A stretch of 32,000 bases of DNA from Nostoc punctiforme PCC 73102 (GCF_000020025.1 NC_010628.1:6150001-6182000), one strand, 5' to 3'; positions 16,143 through 27,038 are shown, counted from the first letter of the stretch. The notes: generated by a model not told the origin, from the letters alone. Made by a program: numbers and translations.

Positions 16143-16210
16143 GAGCAGGGAGCAGAGGGGAAAGAGCTAATTTTTATTCTGCCCTTGCCCATGACCCTTG
16201 CTCCCTGCTC
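16143..16210. repeat. G-rich/C-rich inverted repeat (12-bp perfect arms) between convergent genes
   Basis: GAGCAGGGAGCA (16143-16154) and TGCTCCCTGCTC (16199-16210) are exact reverse complements, flanked by further GGGGAA/CCCC-rich imperfect pairing. Track ORFs over this region look spurious. Confidence 0.6.
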
Positions 16211-16251
16211 CCCGGCTTCTTTTCTTAGTCTGTATGTCCTTATTCCCCAGT

Positions 16252-16530
16252 TCAAGGATCAGAAATAATACCTGCAATAATTTTTACCAGGACAGATAAA
16301 TATTCTGGAACTTGATAGCGTTTCTGGTCTTGAGCCACCTGACGATTCGCACGATGATAAAGTCCAAAATGCCAGTCTTCACAAGTCGTAACTGCTTCAT
16401 ATAGAAGTTCAGATATAGATTTAGTCCATTGGTCAAGTGCTATGAATTCAACAGCGAGTTGAGTAAAACCTCGAACTAAATCTGATTGTTTAGCTTCAAT
16501 GACTAATAAATTTTGAGGCGCTGCAATCAA
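16252..16530 (-). pseudogene. 5'-truncated remnant of a PD-(D/E)XK-like cyanobacterial protein
   Basis: The 92-aa ORF starts at TTG, with an in-frame stop 8 codons upstream. LLVIEAKQSDLVRGFTQLAVEFIA...YEAVTTCEDWHFGLY... matches, from memory, the C-terminal half (..IVEAK....GfGQc.AEM.A...yG.vTtG..W.F.kl) of ~200-aa proteins. Only ~110 bp remain before the next gene, so the N-terminal half cannot be present. Confidence 0.45.
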
Positions 16531-16640
16531 TATAGTAGTCGAGAGTCCCTTTCAGATAATCGTTGATAGCAATAGAATATTCTATATTGAGTCTCTTAAG
16601 TCTCTGATTAGTTAAATAACATACTTCAATTTACCTGATT

Positions 16641-17066
16641 CTAATTCGGCTTTACCACCAACACCGAACAATTAGCTTCTTCCACAACTTGACTGCTAAC
16701 AGAACGCTGGACAATTCGTTTCATCCCAATCAATCCCCGACTACCAATTATAATTAAGTTAGCTTTGTAAATATTGGCAAGACGAATAATCTCTTCGGCA
16801 GGATCGCCAGTTACCAATTCTAACTCACTTGGGACTGATAATTTTTCCTGATAGGATTGCAGCTGTTTTTCCAGTTGAAAATAAGAAAAGGTTGGGGACT
16901 CCGGCTGAGGACGATCGGCAGGTATTTCCATTTCAGACTCTGGTGTAGGAAATACATGACAGAGAATAACCTTGGCATCTTTTGATAACACCAAATTATC
17001 TAAACTCTGAATTACTCGTTCTCCCATTTCCGAACCGTCCAGAGCTATCAAAATATTCTTTAGCAC
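16641..17066 (-). CDS. Universal stress protein (UspA family)
   Basis: 141 aa. ILIALDGSEMGERV...VILCHV...ANLIIIGSRGLIGMKRIVQRSVSSQVVEEANCSVLVVK is the typical Usp ATP-binding-type pattern. Confidence 0.88.
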   Translation of the reverse strand: MLKNILIALDGSEMGERVIQSLDNLVLSKDAKVILCHVFPTPESEMEIPADRPQPESPTFSYFQLEKQLQSYQEKLSVPSELELVTGDPAEEIIRLANIYKANLIIIGSRGLIGMKRIVQRSVSSQVVEEANCSVLVVKPN

Positions 17067-17280
17067 TGCTCTCGTCTCCTATAAGAGTAGACCCCGTTAC
17101 ATAAGTATGTAGTAAAACTTGTTAGCAGCTACACTAAATTATTTTTATATTTGCCTACTTAGTATATATTTTCAAGGTTATGCGATGAATTGGTTTCACC
17201 CAAATTTGACGCTAGTACATTGTAGTAAGATATTTTCGCCAGTCATTTGGGGACGCTAAGGCTTACTAACATAATCAGTA

Positions 17281-17322
17281 AGTAAAATACAATAGGCGGG
17301 CAATGTCTAGTAGATGCCCGCC
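17281..17322 (-). terminator. Probable terminator hairpin downstream of hisD (GGCGGGCA...TGCCCGCC family)
   Basis: GGCGGGCA (17295-17302) pairs with TGCCCGCC (17315-17322). On the minus strand it is followed by TATTGTATTTT. A second hairpin, GGGTAGCAAA/TTTGCTACC, lies at 17338-17363. The arms resemble the hairpin at 31969-31989. Confidence 0.5.
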
Positions 17323-17412
17323 ATAACCCTGAAAGCAGGGTAGCAAATGCTTTATTTGCTACCTATAAAGTGACTTTTGTCAACAGTCTTAAACAAAATT
17401 AACCATTCCAAA

Positions 17413-18714
17413 TCACTCCTCTTGCTGAATTCGGCGGCGGACTGAATCAGCATGAGAAGGTAAACCTTCTGCTGTTGCTAGCACATCAATAGCACCAGCC
17501 ACATTTTGCAGCGCAGTTTGGGAGTATTGAATAATACTGGAATGTTTGAGGAAAGTTTCTACCCCTAACGCCGAAGCATAGCGGGCAGCGCCAGAAGTTG
17601 GCAAGGTGTGGTTAGGCCCTGCCAAATAGTCTCCTACAGCTTCTGGTGTGGAGTAACCCAAAAAGATTGCCCCAGCGTGGCGAATCTCTGGTAGGAGTGC
17701 CCAAGGGTCTTTTACTTCTAATTCCAGGTGTTCAGGGGCAAATTCATTTGAGAGTTCTGCTGCTGCTTGGAGCGATTCCACAAGGACAATCAACCCATAA
17801 TGAGCGATCGCTTTTTCTGTGTCTATTCGCCGTGGATGATCCACTAGCTGTCTTTCCAAGGCTACTTGCACGTTTTTCGCCAAAGCCGCATCTGTTGTCA
17901 GCAAGATTGCTGCCGCCATTGGATCGTGTTCGGCTTGGGCTAGCAAGTCAGCAGCTACATGCACCGCATTTGCGCTTTCATCGGCAATCACCAGCACTTC
18001 ACTGGGGCCTGCCAAAGAATCAATACCGACGGTGCCATATACAAGTTTTTTCGCAAGGGTGACATAAATGTTACCAGGGCCAGTAATCACATTGACTTTC
18101 GGAATTGTTTCTGTGCCATAGGCTAAAGCAGCGATCGCTTGTGCGCCCCCAATGCGATAAATTTCTTGCACTCCTGCTTCTTGGGCAGCTACTAAGACTG
18201 CTGGGTTAATTACACCCCCTGGACCTGGTGGTGTCACCATCACTATATGAGGTACAGCAGCAACATGAGCGGGAATTGCATTCATCAGCACTGTACTAGG
18301 ATAGGCGGCGCGACCACCAGGTACATACAGCCCCGCTCGGTCTACAGGGGTGTAGCGTTTGCCCAGTACTACTTCATCGTCGCCAAAGTGTACCCAGCTT
18401 TTTGGTACTCGCTGACGATGAAACGCTTCAATTTGGCGGCAAGCTAGCCGAACTGCGCCCAACAACTCCTTTGACACCTGCTGATAGGCTGCATCTAGTT
18501 CCGAGCCTGTAACTCGGAGTTCTTCTGCTTTCAGGGTTTGTTTGTCAAATTCGGCTGTGTAATGCAATACAGCTTTATCGCCTTGGCGCTTCACTGCTTG
18601 CAAAACTTCCCGCACCGTTGCTTCTTTGTGAAGCACCTGTTCGTCATGGGTGCGATCGCAGATCCGTTGCAGTTCTGCTCTAACGTCTGCCTGCTGAGTA
18701 ATGATTCGCAGCAT
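17413..18714 (-). CDS. hisD: Histidinol dehydrogenase
   Basis: 433 aa with blocks typical of HisD: GLYVPGGRAAYPSTVLM, ITGPGNIYVTLAKK, IDSLAGPSEVLVIAD, LLAQAEHD, NEFAPEHLEL and GDYLAGPNHTLPT. Confidence 0.95.
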   Translation of the reverse strand: MLRIITQQADVRAELQRICDRTHDEQVLHKEATVREVLQAVKRQGDKAVLHYTAEFDKQTLKAEELRVTGSELDAAYQQVSKELLGAVRLACRQIEAFHRQRVPKSWVHFGDDEVVLGKRYTPVDRAGLYVPGGRAAYPSTVLMNAIPAHVAAVPHIVMVTPPGPGGVINPAVLVAAQEAGVQEIYRIGGAQAIAALAYGTETIPKVNVITGPGNIYVTLAKKLVYGTVGIDSLAGPSEVLVIADESANAVHVAADLLAQAEHDPMAAAILLTTDAALAKNVQVALERQLVDHPRRIDTEKAIAHYGLIVLVESLQAAAELSNEFAPEHLELEVKDPWALLPEIRHAGAIFLGYSTPEAVGDYLAGPNHTLPTSGAARYASALGVETFLKHSSIIQYSQTALQNVAGAIDVLATAEGLPSHADSVRRRIQQEE

Positions 18715-19436
18715 GGAGTAAGGACAATGCCAAAATTATAATATTCACACCTGAGATTTAGTATTGCTCTTGACCCACTGGGGTGTGCAAGCTGACTCTA
18801 ATTCTCTTCTCTAGCTTAACCTGGATTTTTTTGATACTCTCAAGGTTGCCAGCAGATGGTTTGCTTGAGAAGGCGACTTAATTGCTCAGTCCGACAATCC
18901 TTAACAGAATAGCGGCAGGATGTGGGTGTCCCATTTCCCATTACCCTTATGCCCTTTCCTTCACTCCTTGCGGGGTTCAGGTGGAGTGTTTGCACATCCA
19001 AGCCCCCAGATTTACAGGGGGTAGGGTCTGAGTATAATTTTTACTTATTTTTCTAACTTCTCAGTAGTTTTCATCTGTACAGACACGATATGTATCGCTT
19101 CTATACTTTGATAACCCCTGAAATTTAGCTGTTTACAGTTCTTTGCCTCTGACAATACATCCTAAAATTTAGGAAAGATTACATTGGCAATCACAGCGCT
19201 TTCTCAGGTAGTGGTGAGTTAGGGTAACAGTTTTATTTTGATATAGCTTATTTTAACGCATTTCCTAAATTGACGACACACTCAATTGCGGACTGGAGAG
19301 ATTTAGAAAGCAGGGGAAGCAGAACTATTGTCCAATGGCAGGTTTTTTTTAGGAAATTCTAACATTGGCAATTTGGATGCTATATTAGTAAGTCTAGTAG
19401 TGTGTGTACATATTAATAGTATTTTTGGAATTGACT

Positions 19437-19736
19437 GTGGCGAATACAAAGTCTGCTCTCAAGCGTGCCCAAATCGCAGAACGTAACCGACTGCGTAACA
19501 AAGCTTACAAATCAGCAGTTAAGACGCTGATGAAGAAATACTCTAATGCTGTAGCTGTCTATGCAGCTAATCCTACCCCAGAATTACAAGAAGAAGCACA
19601 GGCTCGATTATCCGAAGCTTACGGCAAAATCGATAAAGCAGTCAAACGGGGTGTCCTTCACCCCAACAATGGGGCAAGGAAAAAGTCGAGATTGGCTCAT
19701 AAACTAAAGCCCATCACTCAAACAGCAGCTGAATAG
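19437..19736 (+). CDS. rpsT: 30S ribosomal protein S20
   Basis: (M)[33 protein letters not shown]... is the S20 N-terminus. Start placed at GTG 19437. The track ORF from 19404 adds 11 hydrophobic non-S20 residues. Confidence 0.9.
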   Translation: MANTKSALKRAQIAERNRLRNKAYKSAVKTLMKKYSNAVAVYAANPTPELQEEAQARLSEAYGKIDKAVKRGVLHPNNGARKKSRLAHKLKPITQTAAE

Positions 19737-20092
19737 TCATTGTTGAGCCAGTGCGATCTTTTAACTGAGTGAGTCACTAGGTTACAAATTTTCTGAAGCT
19801 GTAGTAATTAATTGGCGTAAAACGCCAGTTGCTCATCCAAAGCTAGTGTAATTTTGAAGGTTTTCAGACCACATTTGCTCTATGCCTTTTAACCCGTTTA
19901 CAGCAGGGTTGCACCATGAGTAACTGGTTTTGTTTATGCCGATGAAAACAAGTGACGGGCGTGGTTTACCTCTGGAAAATTTGGCGATGATCGCTTAGTG
20001 GCTACCACAGGAGAAAAATTCACCCGAAGGATGATTTGTCCTTAGTCGCGATTGGGGCTAACAATTTTATGACTAACGACAAAGAACAAAGA

Positions 20093-20878
20093 ATGCAACT
20101 AGTAGACACGCACGTTCATCTCAACTTTGATACTTTTCAGCCGGATTTAGCAACAGTGCGATCGCGGTGGCAAGAAGCAGGAGTAGTGCGTTTAGTACAT
20201 TCTTGTGTTCACCCAGGTGAGTTTTCCACCATTCAATCCATAGCACACCAGTTTCCTGAAATCAGCTTTGCGGTGGGATTGCACCCTCTAGATGCTGAGA
20301 AATGGAATAGCGAAACAGCCGAGAAAATCAAAACTTTAGCGAGTTCTGACTCGAATGTAGTAGCAATTGGGGAAATGGGGCTGGATTTTTACAAAGCTGA
20401 TAACTATGAGCATCAGCTTTTGGTATTTGAGTCACAGTTAGCGATCGCATCTGAACTCAACTTACCAGTGATTATCCACTGCCGCGATGCTGCTGTGGCA
20501 ACCAGAGAAGTTTTGCAAAAATGGCGGGAACTTAAGGGAGAAAGAGTGCGGGGTGTTATGCATTGCTGGGGAGGAACGCCAGAAGAAACCCAATGGTTTC
20601 TTGATTTAGGCTTCTACATCAGCTTTAGTGGGACGGTAACGTTCAAAAATGCCAAAGCAATCCAATCATCAGCTGCGATTGTGAGTAGCGATCGCCTACT
20701 GATTGAAACAGACTGCCCATTTCTCGCCCCAGTTCCTAAACGCGGACAGAGGCGTAACGAGCCTGCCTACGTACTTTATGTAGCCGAGCAAGTAGCTAAA
20801 CTGCGTCAAGAAACGGTAGAAGCGATCGCCCATCAAACCACCAAAAATGCCTGTGAATTGTTTGGTCTGTCAATCTAA
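20093..20878 (+). CDS. tatD: TatD-family metal-dependent hydrolase/deoxyribonuclease
   Basis: [13 protein letters not shown]..., [22 protein letters not shown] and ETDCPFLAP motifs. Start placed at ATG 20093. The track ORF begins at TTG 20036. Confidence 0.88.
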   Translation: MQLVDTHVHLNFDTFQPDLATVRSRWQEAGVVRLVHSCVHPGEFSTIQSIAHQFPEISFAVGLHPLDAEKWNSETAEKIKTLASSDSNVVAIGEMGLDFYKADNYEHQLLVFESQLAIASELNLPVIIHCRDAAVATREVLQKWRELKGERVRGVMHCWGGTPEETQWFLDLGFYISFSGTVTFKNAKAIQSSAAIVSSDRLLIETDCPFLAPVPKRGQRRNEPAYVLYVAEQVAKLRQETVEAIAHQTTKNACELFGLSI

Positions 20879-21624
20879 AGTGGGCTTTAATCTCTCTTAT
20901 TCAGTTGTGCTAAAAAAATAAAACTCTAGGGGGACAAAAATATGCTAATATTATTCCCTCAAAAACATTTTGCGTGCGTCATAATGATAAAGGAAGGAAC
21001 CTAAAATTTCTGAGCCTAATTTTCAGTGATGTTATCGGCTTGGCCATCCTCCAAATCTCTACAAGCGGATGCTCTCCACACATGACTAACCTTGCCAAAC
21101 CAGGTTGAGCTAGAGTTTTTTTGCACAACATCGGCTTCTGTGTATTTAACCTATACAAAATCCTTAAACGAAATTGCCTTGTGAGTACAATCCAGCAAAA
21201 CGAAGTAATTCTGATTCAAAGCCGACAAGTGCGGATCGTTCCCTCAGTCTTAGGATATCTAAGATATCGCTGAGAGTATAAATAGCCGGGTGGATTTAAA
21301 ACACACCGTCTAGAGCTGCGTCAGCAAATTAACGCGCTTTTTGGAGGGGAAATGAAGAACGTAGATAAAACTCAGGAATATCTCAACTGTATATTCTTCT
21401 TAAATCAAGACTATAGTGAGTTTTTGGTGTCTGAGTACCCGATTAGGGGCAATTATCCCCTTGTCCAAATTGCTCATTCCAGCTTTAATCGCTGCGTTTG
21501 CCCACACCTGTAAATAGCAAGTGTGTCAAAAGTTCCCAAACAACTAAGGACACTGACTAGCAGTGGGAAGCGTCAAACAGCAGTGTCCAAGGAAAAATTT
21601 TACCAGGTTGACAAAGGAAGAGGC

Positions 21625-24600
21625 ATGACTAAAGAAACATACATGGAACCCGCCTTTCTGTTGCCCGACTTGATTGAAATCCAGCGATCGAGCTTTCGCT
21701 GGTTTTTGGAAGAAGGGCTGATAGAAGAACTTAACTCCTTTAGTCCTATTACAGATTATACGGGCAAATTAGAATTGCACTTTTTGGGTCATAACTACAA
21801 ACTCAAGGAGCCAAAGTATAGCGTCGAAGAAGCCAAGCGGCGGGATAGTACTTATGCCGTCCAAATGTATGTTCCCACACGGTTGATTAATAAGGAAACC
21901 GGGGAAATCAAAGAGCAAGAGGTATTCATTGGTGACTTGCCTTTGATGACCGATCGCGGCACGTTTATTATTAACGGAGCCGAACGGGTAATTGTCAACC
22001 AAATCGTGCGATCGCCAGGCGTTTATTACAAATCAGAAATCGACAAAAACGGGCGACGTACTTATTCAGCTAGCTTAATTCCCAACCGGGGAGCATGGCT
22101 GAAATTTGAAACAGACCGTAACGATTTGGTGTGGGTACGTATCGACAAAACCCGCAAACTCTCAGCGCAGGTACTACTAAAAGCTTTAGGGTTATCAGAC
22201 AACGAAATCTTTGATGCCTTACGCCACCCCGAATATTTCCAAAAAACCATCGAAAAAGAAGGGCAATTTTCTGAAGAAGAAGCCCTGATGGAGTTATATC
22301 GGAAACTGCGTCCTGGTGAACCACCTACGGTCCTAGGTGGACAACAACTGCTAGACTCTCGTTTCTTTGACCCGAAACGTTATGACCTTGGTCGCGTCGG
22401 ACGGTACAAACTCAACAAGAAATTGCGCCTTTCAGTCCCAGACACCATGCGGGTGTTGACTGCTGGCGATATTTTGGCAGCCGTAGATTACCTAATTAAC
22501 CTAGAATATGACATCGGTAATATCGATGACATTGACCACTTAGGCAACCGTCGGGTAAGAAGCGTCGGTGAATTACTGCAAAACCAAGTGCGGGTAGGCT
22601 TAAACCGTTTAGAGAGAATTATTCGGGAACGGATGACCGTATCCGATGCCGAAGTGCTAACTCCCGCTTCCTTGGTGAACCCCAAACCATTGGTAGCAGC
22701 AATTAAAGAATTCTTTGGTTCCAGCCAGTTAAGTCAGTTCATGGATCAAACCAATCCTCTCGCCGAACTGACCCACAAACGCCGTCTGAGCGCCCTTGGC
22801 CCTGGTGGTTTAACCCGCGAACGCGCTGGTTTTGCCGTGCGGGATATTCACCCTAGTCACTATGGGCGTATTTGCCCCATTGAGACACCAGAAGGTCCTA
22901 ACGCCGGATTGATTGGCTCCTTAGCAACCCATGCGCGGGTTAACCTGTACGGCTTCCTCGAAACACCATTTAGACCTGTGGAAAATGGGCGAGTTAGATT
23001 TGATCTGCCTCCAGCCTACATGACAGCCGATGAAGAAGACGACCTGCGGGTTGCTCCGGGAGATATTCCTGTAGATGAAACCGGGCACATTATTGGGCCA
23101 CTAGTGCCAGTCCGTTATCGTCAAGAATTTTCCACCACAACACCAGAACAGGTGGACTACGTAGCAGTATCTCCCGTACAGATTGTGTCGGTAGCAACCA
23201 GCATGATTCCCTTCTTGGAGCATGATGACGCTAACCGAGCGCTGATGGGATCGAACATGCAACGGCAAGCAGTACCCCTGCTAAAACCAGAACGTCCTCT
23301 GGTGGGTACTGGTTTGGAAGCACAAGGAGCAAGAGACTCCGGGATGGTAATTGTATCGCGTACCGATGGCGATGTTACTTATGTGGATGCCACGGAAATT
23401 CGCGTCCGTCCTAAACCTAATACCCCAGAAATTAAGTACACCCTTTCAAAGTACCAACGTTCCAACCAAGACACCTGTTTAAATCAGAAACCTCTCGTCC
23501 GCATTGGTGAACGGGTTGTTGCTGGTCAGGTATTGGCTGATGGCTCCTCCACCGAAGGCGGTGAATTGGCGCTAGGACAAAATATCGTCGTTGCCTATAT
23601 GCCTTGGGAAGGCTACAACTACGAAGATGCGATTTTAATCTCTGAAAGACTGGTGCAGGATGATGTCTACACCTCAATTCACATTGAAAAATATGAAATT
23701 GAAGCTAGACAAACCAAACTAGGGCCAGAAGAAATTACCAGAGAAATTCCCAATGTCGGGGAAGATGCCTTGCGTCAGTTGGATGAACAAGGAATCATTC
23801 GTATAGGGGCATGGGTAGAAGCTGGAGATATCTTGGTGGGTAAGGTAACACCCAAAGGTGAATCTGACCAACCACCAGAAGAAAAACTATTGCGGGCGAT
23901 CTTCGGTGAAAAAGCGCGGGATGTCCGGGATAATTCCCTACGAGTACCAAATGGTGAAAAAGGTCGTGTAGTTGATGTACGCTTGTTTACTCGTGAACAA
24001 GGCGATGAACTGCCACCAGGAGCCAATATGGTAGTCCGGGTGTACGTTGCCCAAAAACGCAAAATCCAAGTTGGCGACAAAATGGCAGGACGGCACGGTA
24101 ATAAAGGGATTATTTCTCGGATATTACCGGCGGAAGATATGCCTTATTTGCCCGATGGTTCACCAGTGGACATTGTACTCAACCCCTTGGGTGTACCCAG
24201 CCGGATGAACGTCGGACAAGTATTTGAGTGCCTCTTGGGTTGGGCTGGTCAAACCTTGGGAGTGCGATTTAAGATTACTCCCTTTGATGAAATGTACGGG
24301 GAAGAGTCATCTCGCCGAATCGTGCATGGCAAATTGCAAGAAGCACGAGACGAAACAGGGAAAGACTGGGTATATAACCCAGATAACCCAGGCAAAATCA
24401 TGGTGTATGACGGTCGTACAGGTGAACCCTTTGACCGAGCAATTACCATCGGTGTGGCTTACATGCTGAAGCTGGTGCATTTGGTGGATGATAAGATCCA
24501 CGCCCGTTCCACAGGCCCATACTCACTCGTGACTCAGCAACCCTTGGGTGGTAAAGCACAACAAGGTGGTCAGAGATTTGGAGAAATGGAAGTGTGGGCA

Positions 24601-24924
24601 TTGGAAGCCTTTGGTGCAGCTTACACTTTACAGGAATTGCTCACAGTTAAATCTGACGATATGCAAGGACGGAATGAAGCGTTAAATGCGATCGTTAAAG
24701 GTAAGGCAATTCCTCGGCCTGGAACTCCAGAATCATTTAAGGTGCTAATGCGCGAGTTGCAATCATTAGGGTTAGATATTGCTGTACACAAGGTAGAAAC
24801 CCAAGCAGACGGCAGTTCCCTAGATGTGGAAGTCGATTTGATGGCAGACCAATCAGCCCGTCGCACACCTCCTCGACCAACTTATGAATCTCTTTCCCGC
24901 GAATCGCTGGAAGATGACGAATAA
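21625..24924 (+). CDS. rpoB: DNA-directed RNA polymerase subunit beta
   Basis: Signature blocks throughout, e.g. [60 protein letters not shown] and [15 protein letters not shown]. Start placed at ATG 21625, preceded by AAGGAAGAGG (21614-21623). GTG 21523 or ATG 21643 are alternatives. Confidence 0.95.
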   Translation: MTKETYMEPAFLLPDLIEIQRSSFRWFLEEGLIEELNSFSPITDYTGKLELHFLGHNYKLKEPKYSVEEAKRRDSTYAVQMYVPTRLINKETGEIKEQEVFIGDLPLMTDRGTFIINGAERVIVNQIVRSPGVYYKSEIDKNGRRTYSASLIPNRGAWLKFETDRNDLVWVRIDKTRKLSAQVLLKALGLSDNEIFDALRHPEYFQKTIEKEGQFSEEEALMELYRKLRPGEPPTVLGGQQLLDSRFFDPKRYDLGRVGRYKLNKKLRLSVPDTMRVLTAGDILAAVDYLINLEYDIGNIDDIDHLGNRRVRSVGELLQNQVRVGLNRLERIIRERMTVSDAEVLTPASLVNPKPLVAAIKEFFGSSQLSQFMDQTNPLAELTHKRRLSALGPGGLTRERAGFAVRDIHPSHYGRICPIETPEGPNAGLIGSLATHARVNLYGFLETPFRPVENGRVRFDLPPAYMTADEEDDLRVAPGDIPVDETGHIIGPLVPVRYRQEFSTTTPEQVDYVAVSPVQIVSVATSMIPFLEHDDANRALMGSNMQRQAVPLLKPERPLVGTGLEAQGARDSGMVIVSRTDGDVTYVDATEIRVRPKPNTPEIKYTLSKYQRSNQDTCLNQKPLVRIGERVVAGQVLADGSSTEGGELALGQNIVVAYMPWEGYNYEDAILISERLVQDDVYTSIHIEKYEIEARQTKLGPEEITREIPNVGEDALRQLDEQGIIRIGAWVEAGDILVGKVTPKGESDQPPEEKLLRAIFGEKARDVRDNSLRVPNGEKGRVVDVRLFTREQGDELPPGANMVVRVYVAQKRKIQVGDKMAGRHGNKGIISRILPAEDMPYLPDGSPVDIVLNPLGVPSRMNVGQVFECLLGWAGQTLGVRFKITPFDEMYGEESSRRIVHGKLQEARDETGKDWVYNPDNPGKIMVYDGRTGEPFDRAITIGVAYMLKLVHLVDDKIHARSTGPYSLVTQQPLGGKAQQGGQRFGEMEVWALEAFGAAYTLQELLTVKSDDMQGRNEALNAIVKGKAIPRPGTPESFKVLMRELQSLGLDIAVHKVETQADGSSLDVEVDLMADQSARRTPPRPTYESLSRESLEDDE

Positions 24925-24944
24925 GAATTAGAGAATCGGGCATC

Positions 24945-24977
24945 GGGCATAGGGAATGGGAAAAATTCCCAATGCCC
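24945..24977 (+). other. Hairpin in the rpoB-rpoC1 spacer
   Basis: GGGCATAGGGAA (24945-24956) pairs with TTCCCAATGCCC (24966-24977): 12 positions, one mismatch, 9-nt loop. No T-run follows. Confidence 0.5.
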
Positions 24978-25040
24978 CGTTCCCAATGTTGTAAAACTAA
25001 ATATACTCAAAACTCATAACTCGAAACTCAGCACTTAAGT

Positions 25041-26918
25041 ATGAGACCTGCCCAAACTAATCAGTTTGACTACGTAAAAATCGGCTTGGCTTCCCCCGAA
25101 CGCATTCGGCAGTGGGGCGAAAGAACATTGCCTAATGGTCAAGTAGTCGGTGAAGTTACCAAGCCAGAGACGATTAATTACCGAACTCTCAAGCCAGAAA
25201 TGGATGGCTTGTTTTGTGAACGCATCTTTGGCCCCGCGAAAGATTGGGAATGCCATTGTGGTAAGTATAAAAGAGTTCGTCACAGAGGCATTGTCTGTGA
25301 GCGCTGTGGGGTAGAAGTCACCGAGTCACGGGTGCGCCGCCACCGTATGGGCTATATTAAACTCGCTGCACCAGTAGCTCACGTCTGGTATCTCAAAGGC
25401 ATTCCTAGCTATATTTCCATCCTGTTGGATATGCCATTGCGGGATGTCGAGCAGATTGTCTATTTCAACTCTTATGTTGTCCTGAGTCCAGGTAATGCCG
25501 AAACTTTAACTTACAAACAGCTACTGAGTGAAGACCAGTGGTTGGAAATAGAAGACCAAATTTATAGCGAAGATTCTGTGCTGCAAGGCGTAGAGGTAGG
25601 TATTGGGGCTGAAGCGCTGTTGCGTTTGCTTGCCGATATCAATTTGGAACAAGAAGCGGAAAGCCTACGCGAAGAAATTGGCAACGCCAAGGGACAAAAG
25701 AGAGCCAAGCTAATTAAGCGACTGCGGGTAATTGACAACTTTATCGCTACTGGTTCTAAACCAGAGTGGATGGTAATGGCAGTTATTCCCGTTATTCCCC
25801 CCGACTTGCGCCCAATGGTGCAACTAGATGGCGGACGGTTTGCCACCAGCGATTTAAATGATTTGTATCGGCGGGTAATTAACCGCAACAATCGTTTGGC
25901 ACGCTTGCAAGAAATTTTGGCACCAGAGATTATCGTGCGGAACGAAAAGCGGATGCTGCAAGAAGCAGTGGATGCTTTGATTGACAATGGTCGTCGGGGA
26001 CGCACTGTGGTAGGGGCAAATAACCGACCCCTGAAATCTTTGTCCGACATTATTGAGGGTAAGCAAGGCCGTTTCCGACAAAACTTGTTAGGTAAACGGG
26101 TTGACTACTCTGGACGTTCGGTAATTGTAGTCGGGCCAAAGCTGAAAATTCACCAGTGCGGTTTGCCTAGAGAAATGGCAATTGAGCTATTTCAGCCATT
26201 TGTGATTAACCGCCTGATTCGTAGCGGCATGGTAAATAACATCAAAGCTGCGAAAAAGCTGATATCCCGCAACGATCCCAGTGTTTGGGATGTGCTGGAA
26301 GAGGTAATTGAAGGACACCCTGTAATGCTAAATCGGGCACCAACGTTGCACCGTTTGGGTATTCAGTCTTTTGAACCAATTTTAGTAGAAGGTAGAGCGA
26401 TTCAACTTCATCCTCTGGTGTGTCCAGCCTTTAACGCCGACTTTGACGGCGACCAAATGGCGGTACACGTCCCTCTGTCATTAGAAAGTCAGGCTGAAGC
26501 GCGGTTGTTGATGTTGGCTTCTAACAATATTTTGTCACCAGCCACGGGTAAACCCATCATCACGCCTAGCCAAGATATGGTGTTGGGAGCCTATTATTTA
26601 ACAGCAGAAAATCCCGGTGCGACAAAAGGGGCAGGAAATTACTTTTCTTCGCTAGAGGATGTAATTATGGCTTTTCAGCAAGATCAAATTGACTTGCACG
26701 CCTATATTTACGTAAGGTTTGACGGCGAAATAGAATCAGACCAACCGGATACAGAACCCGTGAAAGTGACGGAAAACGAGGATGGTACCCGCACATTACT
26801 CTATAAGTTCCGTCGAGTCAGACAAGACGCTAAGGGCAATGTACTTTCACAGTATATATACACAACTCCTGGCCGCGTTATTTACAACAATGCCATTCAG
26901 GAAGCACTAGCAAGTTAA
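25041..26918 (+). CDS. rpoC1: DNA-directed RNA polymerase subunit gamma (N-terminal half of bacterial beta-prime)
   Basis: 625 aa. Zinc-binding [23 protein letters not shown] and the catalytic [12 protein letters not shown] motif. It ends where E. coli beta-prime would continue, which is the cyanobacterial/plastid split. Confidence 0.96.
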   Translation: MRPAQTNQFDYVKIGLASPERIRQWGERTLPNGQVVGEVTKPETINYRTLKPEMDGLFCERIFGPAKDWECHCGKYKRVRHRGIVCERCGVEVTESRVRRHRMGYIKLAAPVAHVWYLKGIPSYISILLDMPLRDVEQIVYFNSYVVLSPGNAETLTYKQLLSEDQWLEIEDQIYSEDSVLQGVEVGIGAEALLRLLADINLEQEAESLREEIGNAKGQKRAKLIKRLRVIDNFIATGSKPEWMVMAVIPVIPPDLRPMVQLDGGRFATSDLNDLYRRVINRNNRLARLQEILAPEIIVRNEKRMLQEAVDALIDNGRRGRTVVGANNRPLKSLSDIIEGKQGRFRQNLLGKRVDYSGRSVIVVGPKLKIHQCGLPREMAIELFQPFVINRLIRSGMVNNIKAAKKLISRNDPSVWDVLEEVIEGHPVMLNRAPTLHRLGIQSFEPILVEGRAIQLHPLVCPAFNADFDGDQMAVHVPLSLESQAEARLLMLASNNILSPATGKPIITPSQDMVLGAYYLTAENPGATKGAGNYFSSLEDVIMAFQQDQIDLHAYIYVRFDGEIESDQPDTEPVKVTENEDGTRTLLYKFRRVRQDAKGNVLSQYIYTTPGRVIYNNAIQEALAS

Positions 26919-26970
26919 TTCGTAATTTCTAATTCGTAATTCGTAATTAAAGAATTAATTACGAATTACG
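26916..26970. repeat. Palindromic STRR-type heptamer array forming a perfect 16-bp hairpin in the rpoC1-rpoC2 spacer
   Basis: Five tandem heptamers (TAATTCG TAATTTC TAATTCG TAATTCG TAATTAA, 26916-26950) begin with the rpoC1 stop codon. CGTAATTCGTAATTAA (26935-26950), loop AGAA, then TTAATTACGAATTACG (26955-26970). More inverted copies run to about 27018. Confidence 0.85.
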
Positions 26971-27038
26971 TAGCTTGCTTCTCGCGTTTGGCGAGTATTA
27001 CGAATTATTAATTATTGATGACTCAGGACTAATGATTA

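Noticed and set aside
15958-16255. ORFs 15958..16170(+), 16004..16255(-) and 15930..16124(-)
   Set aside because: They overlap each other and the G/C-rich inverted repeat, and their low-complexity translations (G/R/E-rich or P/S/C-rich) are typical of repeat DNA.
18840-19030. Identification as 6S RNA, RNase P RNA, tmRNA or SRP RNA
   Set aside because: None of the signature motifs I know is present (the tmRNA 5' GGGGCUG with a tag ORF, the RNase P GAGGAAAGUCC, the SRP GGAAGCAG-type tetraloop region). It is left as an unassigned candidate.
21523-21624. 34-codon N-terminal extension of rpoB from GTG 21523
   Set aside because: The extension ([34 protein letters not shown]) is not beta-subunit-like. 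ATG 21625 has a good RBS and is followed directly by the conserved LPDLIEIQ block.
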